DNA of 64,000 bases. It comes from an uncultured Gammaproteobacteria bacterium. Lineage in GTDB: Bacteria > Pseudomonadota > Gammaproteobacteria > UBA9214. The translations under genes and the position numbers were made by a program. This document shows positions 34,191 through 44,752 of this stretch, one piece after another. Under the pieces are notes generated by a model that was given only the letters and a program-made list of their open reading frames with translations, made no database searches and was not told where the DNA came from. Every line of letters begins with the position of its first letter. The stretch's first letter is position 1. The stretch is taken from contig CAWHCQ010000017.1 in assembly GCA_963827755.1 (NCBI GenBank), positions 1 through 64,000 on the forward strand. The letters are read 5' to 3'.

Positions 34191-34655
34191 ATGATTGGAA
34201 AACACCGTGCCTGTGATTTACGCAAAGGAAGGATATCACTGCCTGGTCAGCTTTATCTGGTTACAACGGTTACGAGTGGCAGGAAGGCCCTGTTTGCCAA
34301 CTTCCATGCAGGTCGTGTGGTGGTGCGGGAAATCAGGCGTTCTGAATGTTTCGGCTGGACTGACACCCTCGCATTCGTGATCATGCCGGATCATATCCAC
34401 TGGCTGTTCTCCATACAAAAAGATATTTCGCTGTCGTGCGTTGTCGGGACCGTGAAACGTCATTCAGCCAGGAAGATTAATGATTTGATTAGAAGTCGAG
34501 GATCACCTGTCTGGCAACAGGGCTTCCATGACCATGCTCTGCGCAGGGAGGAGGATGCAGTTCATGTTGCACGGTATATCGTGGCAAATCCGTTACGCGC
34601 AGGGCTTGTAGGCCGAATCGGTGATTATCCGTTATGGGATGCGGCATGGTTGTAG
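34191..34655 (+). mobile_element. rayT: REP-associated tyrosine transposase (RAYT / TnpA-REP, HUH Y1 family)
   Basis: YLVTTVT, FVIMPDHIHW (HUH), WQQGFHDHALR, ARYIVANPLRAGLV (catalytic Tyr); REPs on both sides. Confidence 0.93.
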
Positions 34656-34684
34656 GGGAAGGGATATCCACGTAGCTGGATTTG

Positions 34685-34790
34685 ATCGCGGATTAGATCC
34701 GCTCCTACGGGGTTTTGGTTCATTGCAATCGCGAAGCAAACCAGGCAGATGCAATGATTGGCCACTGTAGGAGCGGATCTAATCCGCGAT
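34685..34790. repeat. Inverted REP doublet (REPIN) downstream of RAYT
   Basis: ATCGCGGATTAGATCCGCTCCTAC 34685-34708 and TGTAGGAGCGGATCTAATCCGCGAT 34766-34790. Confidence 0.92.
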
Positions 34791-34807
34791 TTGCTCCTTT
34801 AGCTTGA

Positions 34808-35053
34808 TTAGCGCTGTGTCTCTTCCAGTTCCGCGACGGTCTTTTCGAGGTGTTCGAGTTTCTCGCGGGTGCGCGCCAGGACGCGTGACTGGGCGTCGAA
34901 TTCTTCCCGGGTGACCAGGTCCAGTTTGGCGAGGGTGCCCTCCAGCAGGGTGCGGATGTTTTTGCTCACGTCCGCCTGCATTTCCTTCATCCCGGCGGGG
35001 ATGGTGGCGCTGATCTGGCGGGCAAGGTCGTCGATGAGTTTCATGGTTGACAT
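34808..35053 (-). CDS. ubiK: Accessory factor UbiK (YqiC/BMFP family)
   Basis: KLDLVTREEFDAQSRVLARTREKLEHLE; usual position between glnK and comM. Confidence 0.9.
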   Translation of the reverse strand: MSTMKLIDDLARQISATIPAGMKEMQADVSKNIRTLLEGTLAKLDLVTREEFDAQSRVLARTREKLEHLEKTVAELEETQR

Positions 35054-35099
35054 GCCCTCACCATAGTCGATTCGCGGGTTTTGCGTCCAGCCTCACGGC

Positions 35100-35241
35100 T
35101 GCACTGAAACAGTGCACTGTAGCGGGGCGTGCGGGCCCTGTATGCACTGTTATCGTGCGTGGCTCACCAGGTATTGTGCCTCCATAACAGAATAACCTAT
35201 TGAATATATATATGAAATATATAAGTGGCACGGTTTCTGCT
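35100..35241 (+). promoter_or_regulatory. NtrC boxes, IHF-like site and sigma54 promoter of the porin-glnK-amt operon
   Basis: TGCACTGAAACAGTGCA 35100-35116, TGCACTGTTATCGTGCG 35143-35159, ATTCAA-N4-TTA (minus, 35193-35205), TGGCACGGTTTCTGCT 35226-35241. Confidence 0.88.
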
Positions 35242-35328
35242 ATTGGTAAAGTGATTTTCCCCTTTTTACGCAGTTGAAGTGGTTGTCATTGCACAGTGTT
35301 TAACCACAACTTAAATGGAGATAGAGAC

Positions 35329-36071
35329 ATGATGAAGAAAACTTTACTTGCAGCGGCAATGCTGGCGACCTCTTCGGCGGCACTTGCTGAAATCAGCGGC
35401 AACGTAACACTGGCCACTGATTACGTGTTCCGTGGTATTTCACAAACGGATAACCAGATGGCCATCCAGGGTGGTTTGGATTACGCGTGGGATAACGGTT
35501 TTTACGTAGGCACCTGGGCTTCAAACGTGGATTCGAGTTTTTTCGATAATGGACGTGACCCGCAGATCGAACTTGATATGTATGGCGGTTACAGTGGTGA
35601 GTACGATGATTTTGGCTATGACGTGGGATATCTGCGCTACCAGTATCCCAGTAGCGACAATGTGAACACCAACGAAGTTTATGTCTCTGGTACTTATATG
35701 GGGTTAACAGTGTCACTTAACTATTCCGATGAGTTGCAGTTCATACTTTCGGACCAGAGTGCCTGGTACTTCAAAGACCTCTTACGAGCAGACATTGCCG
35801 TGGTATGACATCGGCATCTCTACGCATGTCGGCCATAACTTCGGTGATGCCTTTGATGTGGGTATATCTGACTTGTTAAAGGCGACTCAGGTCTTCAAGA
35901 TTCCTATACTGACTGGAGCATCGGCGTGTCCAAGAGCTGGATGGGTGTTGATTTCGGGCTGACTTATACTGATCTCACCGACATCAAGTTTTCAGACTGC
36001 TGACCGAATCGAAGTGTACGGCTAACTGGTGTGACAGCAAGGTCGTATTTACCGTTGGTAAAAGTCTTTAA
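35329..36071 (+). CDS. TorF-family putative porin (Gcw_chp); several frameshifts in the 3' third
   Basis: Signal peptide, SGNVTLATDYVFRGISQT, AIQGGLDY, GFYVGTWASNV, ELDMYGGY; C-terminus VVFTVGKSL*. Confidence 0.85.
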
Positions 36072-36124
36072 TCTGATGACAAAGCCTGCCCTTCGGGGCA
36101 GGTGTTTTTAATATTAAGGAGTAA

Positions 36125-36469
<345 letters not shown>

Positions 36470-36492
36470 TCACATAGACGGAGGAGATTCAA

Positions 36493-37756
36493 GTGGAAGC
36501 ATTAACTGAAGTGAAGTATGCGCTGGACACCTTTTACTTTTTGATGACGGGTGTCCTCGTAATGTGGATGGCCGCAGGCTTTTCGATGCTCGAGGCAGGT
36601 ATGGTGCGTGCCAAAAACACGGCCGAAATTCTGACCAAGAATATTTCCCTGTTTGCCGTCGCCAGCATTATGTACATGCTGGCGGGATACAGCATTATGT
36701 ATCCGGGCGAGGCCGTCAATGCATGGTGGCCTGGTTTTGGCGACATCCTGGGAAAGACCGACAATACGGCAGCTGAAGTACTGGCCAGTGGCGGGGATAC
36801 CTATTATTCCGGCCTGTCTGACTTCTTCTTCCAGGTTGTGTTCGTCGCAACCGCCATGTCGATTGTCTCGGGTGCCGTTGCGGAACGCATGAAGCTGTGG
36901 GCATTCCTTTTCTTTGCGGTGGTCATGACCGGTTTCATTTACCCGTTGCAGGGTTACTGGAAGTGGGGCGGCGGCGGCCTGGATGCACTCGGCTTCCTCG
37001 ACTTCGCCGGTTCCGGCGTGGTGCATTTGTGTGGTGCAACGGCAGCGTTTGCCGGTGTGCTGCTGCTCGGAGCTCGTAAGGGCAAATACCGTTCCGATGG
37101 TTCGATCAACCCGATACCAGGTGCGAACATGCCGCTGGCAACCCTCGGTACCTTCATCCTCTGGATGGGCTGGTTCGGCTTCAACGGTGGTTCAGAGCTG
37201 GTTATTTCCGATGTCGCAGAGGCCAACAATGTCGCGCTGGTATTCGTGAATACCAATATGGCAGCAGCCGGTGGCGTGATTGCCGCGATGCTGACCGCAC
37301 GCATGTTGTTCGGCAAGACCGATCTGACCATGGCGCTCAACGGCGCACTGGCCGGCCTGGTTGCCATTACTGCCGAACCGCTGACGCCGACGCCGCTGCT
37401 TGCCACCATTATCGGTGCCATCGGTGGTGTCATCGTGGTGTTCTCCATCATCAGCCTCGACAAGATGAAGCTGGATGATCCGGTCGGTGCCATCTCGGTG
37501 CACGGTGTGGTCGGTATGTGGGGGCTGCTCGCGGTTGTCCTCTCCAATCCGGATGCAACCCTGGTCGCACAGTTGACCGGACTCGGCGTGATCTTTGCCT
37601 GGACCCTGGTGGCCAGCCTGATCACCTGGGGCATTATCAAGATGGTGATTGGTATCCGCGTCAGCGAGGAAGAGGAATACGCAGGTGTCGACCTTATCTG
37701 AATGTGGCCTGGAGGCTTACCCTGAGTTTGTCGGTTCGCAGGGTTCCGGTAAGTAG
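36493..37756 (+). CDS. amt: Ammonium transporter (Amt family, copy 1); frameshift near 37695
   Basis: SIVSGAVAER, DFAGSGVVH, WMGWFGFNGGS, DDPVGAISVHG; shifted tail ECGLEAYPEF. Confidence 0.95.
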
Positions 37757-37795
37757 TCTTTAAAACCGGGTAAGAAGTAAGAAGTTAGTAGTATT

Positions 37796-37824
37796 AAACG
37801 GGCGCTTCGGCGCCCGTTTTTTTT
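37796..37824 (+). terminator. Rho-independent terminator after amt copy 1
   Basis: AAACGGGCGC-TTCG-GCGCCCGTTT followed by T run. Confidence 0.9.
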
Positions 37825-37829
37825 ATCAT

Positions 37830-38328
<499 letters not shown>

Positions 38329-38366
38329 AAATTTTCGAATAACCTATTCAACCGGGGAGAATTCCA

Positions 38367-39668
38367 ATGAGTTTTATCAAACCCAAAGGGCTGTCAGCCC
38401 TCCTTCTGAGCCTGTTCGCGGCCAGTATGCCGGCATTGGCAATGGCCGATGAACTCAGCAGTGGCGATACGGGGTGGATCCTGACGTCTACCGCACTGGT
38501 ATTGTTCATGACCATTCCGGGACTCGCGCTGTTCTATGCCGGACTGGTGCGCAGCAAGAATGTGCTCTCTGTTTTAATGCAGTGTTTTGCCATTACCTGC
38601 ATGGTGTCCATCCTCTGGTTTGCCTACGGCTATAACCTGGCCTTCGGTGATGGCGGCTACATGAATCAGTGGATGGGTGGTTTCGGCAACCTGTTCATGT
38701 CGAATGTCGACCGCGACAGTATGAGCGGCACCATTCCGGAGAGCGTGTTCGCGATGTTCCAGATGACTTTTGCCATTATTACACCGGCGCTGATCGTCGG
38801 CGGTTTTGCCGAGCGCATGAAGTTCTCGGCCATGCTGCTGTTTTCCGCTATCTGGTTGACCGTTGTCTATGCGCCGGTCTGTCACTGGGTCTGGGGTGGC
38901 GGCTGGCTTGCCGATATGGGCCTGCTGGACTTTGCCGGCGGTACGGTGGTGCATATCAATGCCGGTGTTGCGGCCATTGTTGCCGCCTTGGTGCTGGGCA
39001 GTCGCAAGGGCTTTGGCGAGGTAGCCATGCCACCGCACAACATGACCATGACCGTGGCGGGTGCTGCAATGCTCTGGGTCGGCTGGTTCGGTTTCAACGC
39101 CGGCAGTGCGCTGGCGGCGAACGGTGATGCCGGCATGGCCATGCTGGTCACGCATATCGGCGCGGCATCCGGTTCACTGGCATGGATGTTCATGGAGTGG
39201 GTGCGCCACGGCAAGCCGAGTGTGCTGGGTATCGTCACCGGCATGGTCGCCGGTCTCGGAACGATCACCCCGGCATCCGGTTTTGTCGGCCCGATGGGTG
39301 CGCTGATTATCGGCCTGACGGCGGGCGTGGTCTGCTACACGGCGACCAGCTTCATCAAGCGGACGCTGAAGATCGATGATTCCCTTGACGTGTTCCCGGT
39401 GCACGGTGTCGGCGGCGTGCTCGGGACCATGCTGGCCGGTGTATTTGTTGCCATCATGGGCGGCGTCGGCCTGGCGGAAGGCGTGACCATGGGTGACCAG
39501 GTGTGGGTGCAGTTTGTGGGTGTTGCGGCCACGATCGTTTATTGCGGTGTTTTGACCTGGGTCATTCTCAAGGTAGTTGATTTGATCGTTGGTCTTCGTG
39601 TCAGCGGGGATGAAGAGACCGAGGGTCTTGATATCGTGCTGCACGACGAGACGGGTTATAACCTGTAG
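38367..39668 (+). CDS. amtB: Ammonium transporter AmtB (copy 2, canonical type with signal peptide)
   Basis: GDTGWILTSTALVLFMTIPGLALFY, FQMTFAIITPALI, DFAGGTVVH, DDSLDVFPVHG. Confidence 0.97.
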   Translation: MSFIKPKGLSALLLSLFAASMPALAMADELSSGDTGWILTSTALVLFMTIPGLALFYAGLVRSKNVLSVLMQCFAITCMVSILWFAYGYNLAFGDGGYMNQWMGGFGNLFMSNVDRDSMSGTIPESVFAMFQMTFAIITPALIVGGFAERMKFSAMLLFSAIWLTVVYAPVCHWVWGGGWLADMGLLDFAGGTVVHINAGVAAIVAALVLGSRKGFGEVAMPPHNMTMTVAGAAMLWVGWFGFNAGSALAANGDAGMAMLVTHIGAASGSLAWMFMEWVRHGKPSVLGIVTGMVAGLGTITPASGFVGPMGALIIGLTAGVVCYTATSFIKRTLKIDDSLDVFPVHGVGGVLGTMLAGVFVAIMGGVGLAEGVTMGDQVWVQFVGVAATIVYCGVLTWVILKVVDLIVGLRVSGDEETEGLDIVLHDETGYNL

Positions 39669-39692
39669 TTTCAGGTTATTTCCGGTATAGGG

Positions 39693-39719
39693 ACGGGCGC
39701 TTCGGCGCCCGTTTTTTTT
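39693..39719 (+). terminator. Rho-independent terminator after amtB
   Basis: ACGGGCGC-TTCG-GCGCCCGT + T run, identical core to 37798-37824. Confidence 0.9.
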
Positions 39720-39733
39720 GTTTTGTCTATTTG

Positions 39734-40525
39734 TTGGGGCGCCTTGCAGGCGCTGGTTTTATTTGATGCGGGCTCTCGCGCCCGCCGGCGAGATACTTTT
39801 CTTTGCTTCGCCAAAGAAACGTATCCAAAAGAAAGGCGACCCGGAGGTGCAGCCCGAATACTCATTTTCAATGAGTATTCGGGTTCCCTGCGCTTCTCGC
39901 GAAAACCGGCGCATGCGCAACTCGCAATCTCGCTGCGCTCGAAAGCTCAGACAGGGCGCATGCTTCATCCGGTTTTCACTGCGATGCTCGGCTGCGCCTA
40001 CGGGAGGGGTAGATCAAACTCCAATCGGTGAGCCAGGTAGGATGGGTAAAGCGCAGCGTACCCATCAGGGTTCGGTGCTTTGATGGGTACGGCCTTCGGC
40101 CTTACCCATCCTACATAAAGGGAGTTGTGATTTACCCTCCCCGTAGCACTCACCGAGTACCGCAGCCAATCCGGGGAATAGCCGCGCACCCTGTCTGAGC
40201 TTTCGAGCGCAGCGAGATTGCGAGTTGTGCGCGGCCCCCGGATTGGCGAGGAACGCACGGGCAAGGCTGCGAGCGGCCTTGTAGTTCAAGCGGTGAGTGC
40301 TCCGGGTGCCTTTCTCTTTGGGTACTTTCTCTTGGGCAAGGCTGCGAAGCGGCCTTGTATATTCACGAAAGTACCTCGCCGCGCGGGCGCGAGAGCCCGC
40401 ATCCAATAAAACCGCGCCTGCAAGGCGCTCCAACAAAGAAATCGGCGGAGCGGAGAAAGGTGCCTCGCCGTGCGGGCAGCGAAAGCCCGCATCAAAAAAA
40501 ACCAGCGCCTGCAAGGCGCCCCCAA
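39734..40525. repeat. Large paired structured repeat: arm A (39734-40022), nested REP doublet, inverted arm B (40120-40436) plus a short extra subunit (40441-40525)
   Basis: Arms share an identical core CAACTCGCAATCTCGCTGCGCTCGAAAGCTCAGACAGGG and the same order of hairpins; near-identical copy at 63536-64000. Confidence 0.9.
40037..40114. repeat. Second-class GTAG REP doublet nested between the arms
   Basis: GTAGGATGGGTAAAGCGCAGCGTACCCATC ... GATGGGTACGGCCTTCGGCCTTACCCATCCTAC; degenerate single copy at 22063-22092. Confidence 0.85.
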
Positions 40526-40531
40526 TGGCTC

Positions 40532-40768
40532 CTACAATTTATTATGTGTCCCGTCGCAAAACGGCTTATCACTGCTGTGCTTGCAGCCGCATAGCCAGAC
40601 TTTGGTCTTTTCCGTGAGTTCGAATTTCACCGGGGTAAACTCGCTTCCCTTGTGCGAGCCGTCACAGAACGGCTGGTTTTTTGACTTGCCGCAGGCGCAC
40701 CACCAGTAGCTGCCCGCTTCCAGTTCCTGTTCATAGGGTGATTTTTGTGCAATGGTTGGCTCTGCCAT
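40532..40768 (-). CDS. CDGSH iron-sulfur domain protein (two CDGSH motifs)
   Basis: WCACGKSKNQPFCDGSH and LCGCKHSSDKPFCDGTH; start MAEPTIAQK at 40768. Confidence 0.93.
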   Translation of the reverse strand: MAEPTIAQKSPYEQELEAGSYWWCACGKSKNQPFCDGSHKGSEFTPVKFELTEKTKVWLCGCKHSSDKPFCDGTHNKL

Positions 40769-40796
40769 GATGATTCCCGTTATAGAATAAAGAATC

Positions 40797-41429
40797 GTGA
40801 GTAAAACACCCCCATTACTGCAAATCAAGAATCTGCGACGCCTGGCGATCGGGCCGCTGTCGCTGGATGTCGATAGCGGCGATTGCCTGTGTATCTCCGG
40901 GCCATCCGGTTGCGGTAAATCGCAACTGCTGCGTGCAATCGCCGATCTTGATCCGCACGAGGGGGAGGTCTTGCTCGAGGGGGTCGACGCCAACGCGATT
41001 GCAGCGAACGAGTGGCGTGCACGGGTTGCCTTGCTGCCACCGGAGAGCTGCTGGTGGCTGCCACACGCCATTGATCATTTTCGTGACGGTGTGCCCATAG
41101 CACTTGAGCATATTGGTCTGTCGACGCCCATTCTTGACCAGCCGGTCAGTCGGCTTTCAAGTGGTGAACGGCAACGCCTTGCGCTGATGCGCCTGCTCTC
41201 CAACCGGCCGCGGGTGCTGCTGCTCGATGAGCCGACGGCCAACCTCGACCCGGAGAATACCCGGCGCATCGAGACGGTGATCACGGAATACCGCCGCAGT
41301 CACGATGCAGCGGTCATCTGGGTCAGCCACGACAGCGAGCAGGTCAAGCGGGTTGCAAACCGTTATTATGCAGTGGTGGATGGCCACCTGCAGCAGCGTG
41401 AGATGGAGTGGACGCAATGGTTACGTTGA
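40797..41429 (+). CDS. fetA: ABC ATP-binding protein, FetA/YbbL-like
   Basis: GPSGCGKS, LSSGERQR, LLLDEPTANLD, WVSHD; paired with FetB. Confidence 0.82.
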   Translation: MSKTPPLLQIKNLRRLAIGPLSLDVDSGDCLCISGPSGCGKSQLLRAIADLDPHEGEVLLEGVDANAIAANEWRARVALLPPESCWWLPHAIDHFRDGVPIALEHIGLSTPILDQPVSRLSSGERQRLALMRLLSNRPRVLLLDEPTANLDPENTRRIETVITEYRRSHDAAVIWVSHDSEQVKRVANRYYAVVDGHLQQREMEWTQWLR

Positions 41430-42208
41430 CAATTGCCGACCTGGCCATTGCGGCGCTGCTGGTGGTATTACTGGCCTTGCTGTCGATGCGCCTGCAAACC
41501 GGCATCAGCCAGCAACTGGTCATTGCCGCTGCCAGGACCGCCATCCAGCTGACCCTGATCGGGCTGGTGCTGAAAGCCCTGTTTGCGAATGTGCAGTTTG
41601 GCTGGGTGTCACTCATGGCCCTGTTCATGTTGCTGGTTGCCGGGCGTGAGGTCATGGCGCGGCAGGAACGGCGCTTCAAGGGCTGGTGGGGTTACGCGGT
41701 CGGCACCTTCTCGATGTTCCTGTCATCCTTTACCGTTACCGTATTTGCCCTCATCATCATTCTCGGGGAGACGCCGTGGTATGAACCACAGTATGCGATT
41801 CCCCTGCTCGGCATGTTGCTGGGCAACACCATGAACGGCATCTCGATTGCCATGGACCGCCTGACCACCTCGGCATGGGAGCAGCGCAGCGTGATAGAGG
41901 CGCGCCTGATGCTCGGCGAGCGTGCGGATGAGGCGATATCGGAAATTCGAAGACAGGCGATTCGCAGCGGCATGATCCCTATTATCAACGCCATGGCCGC
42001 GGCCGGTATTATCAGCCTGCCGGGTATGATGACCGGGCAGATACTGGCAGGTGCCGCGCCGGTCGAGGCGGTGAAATACCAGATCCTTATAATGTTCCTG
42101 ATCACCGCCGGTACCGGGCTGGGCACCATGGCAGCCGTTACCATTGGCGCAAAACACCTGTTCGACAAGCGCCAGCGGCTTTGCCTGGAACGGTTGCGGG
42201 AAAAATAA
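41417..42208 (+). CDS. fetB: Iron export ABC permease FetB/YbbM (UPF0014)
   Basis: RTAIQLTLIG, PQYAIPLLGMLLGNTMNG, GIISLPGMMTGQILAG, AVKYQILIMF. Confidence 0.9.
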   Translation: MVTLTIADLAIAALLVVLLALLSMRLQTGISQQLVIAAARTAIQLTLIGLVLKALFANVQFGWVSLMALFMLLVAGREVMARQERRFKGWWGYAVGTFSMFLSSFTVTVFALIIILGETPWYEPQYAIPLLGMLLGNTMNGISIAMDRLTTSAWEQRSVIEARLMLGERADEAISEIRRQAIRSGMIPIINAMAAAGIISLPGMMTGQILAGAAPVEAVKYQILIMFLITAGTGLGTMAAVTIGAKHLFDKRQRLCLERLREK

Positions 42209-42244
42209 CGGGTCTCCGGACTGCAAATCGGCTGCAGGTGCGCC

Positions 42245-42706
42245 ATGAAACTATTCACCATGTTTTTTGTTGTCGTCATGTTCACCAGCGTGGAAGTGGC
42301 GGCGGAAATCTATAAATGCACGTCTGCCGGCGGGGAGGTTGATTACACCGACAGGCCTTGCCGGGGAGAGTCAAGCATTTTTGTTCCCGGCCCGGCACCC
42401 GTGGTGGATGAACATGTGAAAGCGCGCGAGGAAAAAAGAAAACGGCTGCTGCGTGCCTACCGCGAGGAAGATGCTGCGGAAAAACAAAAAGCCGCCGAGC
42501 TGAAGGCCGAACGCGAAAGGCGCGCGGAGCACTGCCGTCGTGCAAGAATAAATTACCGCAGGATCAGGGAGGCCGGGCGTGTTTTCCGGCCCGGCAGCGA
42601 CGGCGAACGTGTCGACTTCACGGACGAGGAACGCGCCGCGGCAACAGCCCGTGCACAGGCCGATGTCGAAGCAATGGTGCGACGGGAAATAACGGCAGCG
42701 AATTGA
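42245..42706 (+). CDS. DUF4124-like exported protein
   Basis: Signal peptide then AEIYKCTSAGGEVDYTDRPC, charged helical C-terminus. Confidence 0.75.
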   Translation: MKLFTMFFVVVMFTSVEVAAEIYKCTSAGGEVDYTDRPCRGESSIFVPGPAPVVDEHVKAREEKRKRLLRAYREEDAAEKQKAAELKAERERRAEHCRRARINYRRIREAGRVFRPGSDGERVDFTDEERAAATARAQADVEAMVRREITAAN

Positions 42707-42758
42707 ACCGGCCGCTGCAAAAACAGGCCGCCATGCGCAGCCACTGGAGCAGACGCTT

Positions 42759-43649
42759 ATGAAAACCGGCATTATCGGACTCGGAGCCATGGGTGGGCCC
42801 ATGGCAGGCAACCTGAACCGGGCCGGCTATCTCGAGACGGTCTGGAATCGCAGCAGCGACAAGGCGCAGCGGCTTGCCGGTGAACTTGGCGTGGCGCTTG
42901 CAGACAGCCCGGCGACACTGGCGCAGCAGTGCGAACTCATTATCCTGTCCGTATCCGCCGATGCGGATGTGCTCGAAATTATCGAGGCAATGAAACCCGG
43001 TTTGAGTGCCGGCAAGGTCGTACTGGATACCTCCACCGTCAGCCGCGAGACCGCACAGCAGGCCGCGGCCCTGCTCGAGCAAAGCGGCGTCGACTTCCTC
43101 GATGCACCGGTCTCCGGCGGTATCGAGGGTGCGCGCCAGGGCACGCTGGCCATGATGGTCGGCGGCGACCGCGCGGTACTTGACAAGATCCGGCCGGTAC
43201 TGGATTCAATTGCCGGGCGCGTCGCTCACATGGGGCCGGTCGGTGCCGGCCAGTCCACCAAGGCCGTCAACCAGGTGATGGCCGCCGGCATCAACCAGGC
43301 CGTCACCGAGGCGCTCGCCTTTGCACAGGCACTCGACTTGCCCATGGACAAGGTCATCGAGGTCGTCGGTGGCGGGGCGGCCGGCAACTGGTTTCTCGAC
43401 CACCGCGGCCCGGGCATGACAGCGGGTAAATTCGAGCCGGGCTTTCGCGTTGCACTGCACCACAAGGATCTCGTCATCTGCCAGCAGCTGGCCGAGCAGT
43501 TCGACGTCGCCCTGCCGGTGATCGAGATGACGCTGATTCACTACCGCCGGTTAATGGCGGCCGGCTATGGTGATGAAGACATCTCCGCACTGTTTCGGGA
43601 GAAGCGGGGAATGTTTGAAAAAGGCAGTGACCGCCCGAAACGACCCTGA
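42759..43649 (+). CDS. NAD(P)-dependent beta-hydroxyacid dehydrogenase (3-hydroxyisobutyrate / tartronate semialdehyde reductase family)
   Basis: GLGAMG, FLDAPVSGG, GAGQSTKAVNQ, LHHKDL. Confidence 0.92.
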   Translation: MKTGIIGLGAMGGPMAGNLNRAGYLETVWNRSSDKAQRLAGELGVALADSPATLAQQCELIILSVSADADVLEIIEAMKPGLSAGKVVLDTSTVSRETAQQAAALLEQSGVDFLDAPVSGGIEGARQGTLAMMVGGDRAVLDKIRPVLDSIAGRVAHMGPVGAGQSTKAVNQVMAAGINQAVTEALAFAQALDLPMDKVIEVVGGGAAGNWFLDHRGPGMTAGKFEPGFRVALHHKDLVICQQLAEQFDVALPVIEMTLIHYRRLMAAGYGDEDISALFREKRGMFEKGSDRPKRP

Positions 43650-43925
43650 CCGTTATCCAGCGGGCTGTGCACCCCGCGACTGCCCTTGTTGATAAACCGG
43701 CGAATCCACCGAGTACAGGATTGCCCTGTGCGCAGACTGTCATGCCGGGCCCGGATTGCATCTCGACCACAATCGAGCAAACGTTTTTTACTCCATGTCA
43801 TGTTTGAAAATTCTTTTAGGCCATGTAGTATCAGGCTGAGCCATTGAATTAATGTCAGTCAATAATCAAACATGTCCTGAAAGTCGCAATACAAAGGCGA
43901 CTTTCAGATTGCTCAGGATAAATCA

Positions 43926-44528
43926 GTGAGATCATGTTGTGATGATGACTGCGCTCTTGACGCTCTTCGCGATAAGCAGCGCAGTACGCTTGTAAAGGTC
44001 CTGTGGATTAATGCCTTCATGTTTATTGCTATAGCTGCGGCGGCGTTTTATGGCAAGTCAACCGCCCTGCTATCTGACAGCCTGGACAACCTGGGTGATG
44101 CATTGACATATGGATTAAGCTTGTTTGCGGTCTCCAAGGGCACAACTGCAAAGGCTCGCGTTGCTCTGTTCAAGGGTGGCCTGATTTTCCTGGCGGCTTG
44201 CATTGTTGTTGCCCAGATAATCTACAGACTTGTCAATCCAGTGCTCCCTTCCTATGAAGTAATGAGTATCTTTAGTCTTGCTGGCCTGGCAGCAAACGGG
44301 GTGTGTTTATTACTGCTTTGGCACCATCGGAATGAAGACATCAATATGAGCTCTGTTTTCGAGTGTTCACGAAATGATATTGCTGCAAACCTGTCTGTAA
44401 TAATGGCGGCTATCGGTGTCTGGGCATTTAACTCAGGCTTGCCAGACATCATTATTGCAACACTCCTGGCAGCACTTCTTTTGAATTCGTCTGCTCGGGT
44501 TATAAAGGGAGCATTGTCGGAGTTATAG
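43926..44528 (+). CDS. Cation transporter (short CDF/CzcD-like)
   Basis: STALLSDSLDNLGDA, NMSSVFECSRND, 5-6 TM, N-terminal CCDDDC. Confidence 0.8.
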   Translation: MRSCCDDDCALDALRDKQRSTLVKVLWINAFMFIAIAAAAFYGKSTALLSDSLDNLGDALTYGLSLFAVSKGTTAKARVALFKGGLIFLAACIVVAQIIYRLVNPVLPSYEVMSIFSLAGLAANGVCLLLLWHHRNEDINMSSVFECSRNDIAANLSVIMAAIGVWAFNSGLPDIIIATLLAALLLNSSARVIKGALSEL

Positions 44529-44752
44529 GATGGGAAGACCCGAAAGCAGCCGGATGCGCTGTCCTGCACCGCTCAAATCTGCGTTTTGTGGCAGGAGCAG
44601 GGGGAGGTTATGATGAACGATGAAACCGTTGGCAGTTTTCACCGGGGTTTCCGGGCAATCGGCACTGTCGCGCTGGCGAATCAAAAGCAATACGTATCTC
44701 TGTATACCTGTGGCAGCACGGCACGGTGCAATGTTGGAAAACAGGAGGAATT

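Noticed and set aside
39671-40617. Many overlapping ORFs across the large repeat, and likewise at 63442-63948
   Set aside because: ORFs on both strands with no protein motifs; variation between arms preserves base pairing, not codons
43650-43720. DnaA-box-like words (TTATCCAGC, TGTTGATAA)
   Set aside because: Mismatched and irregularly spaced; not enough support
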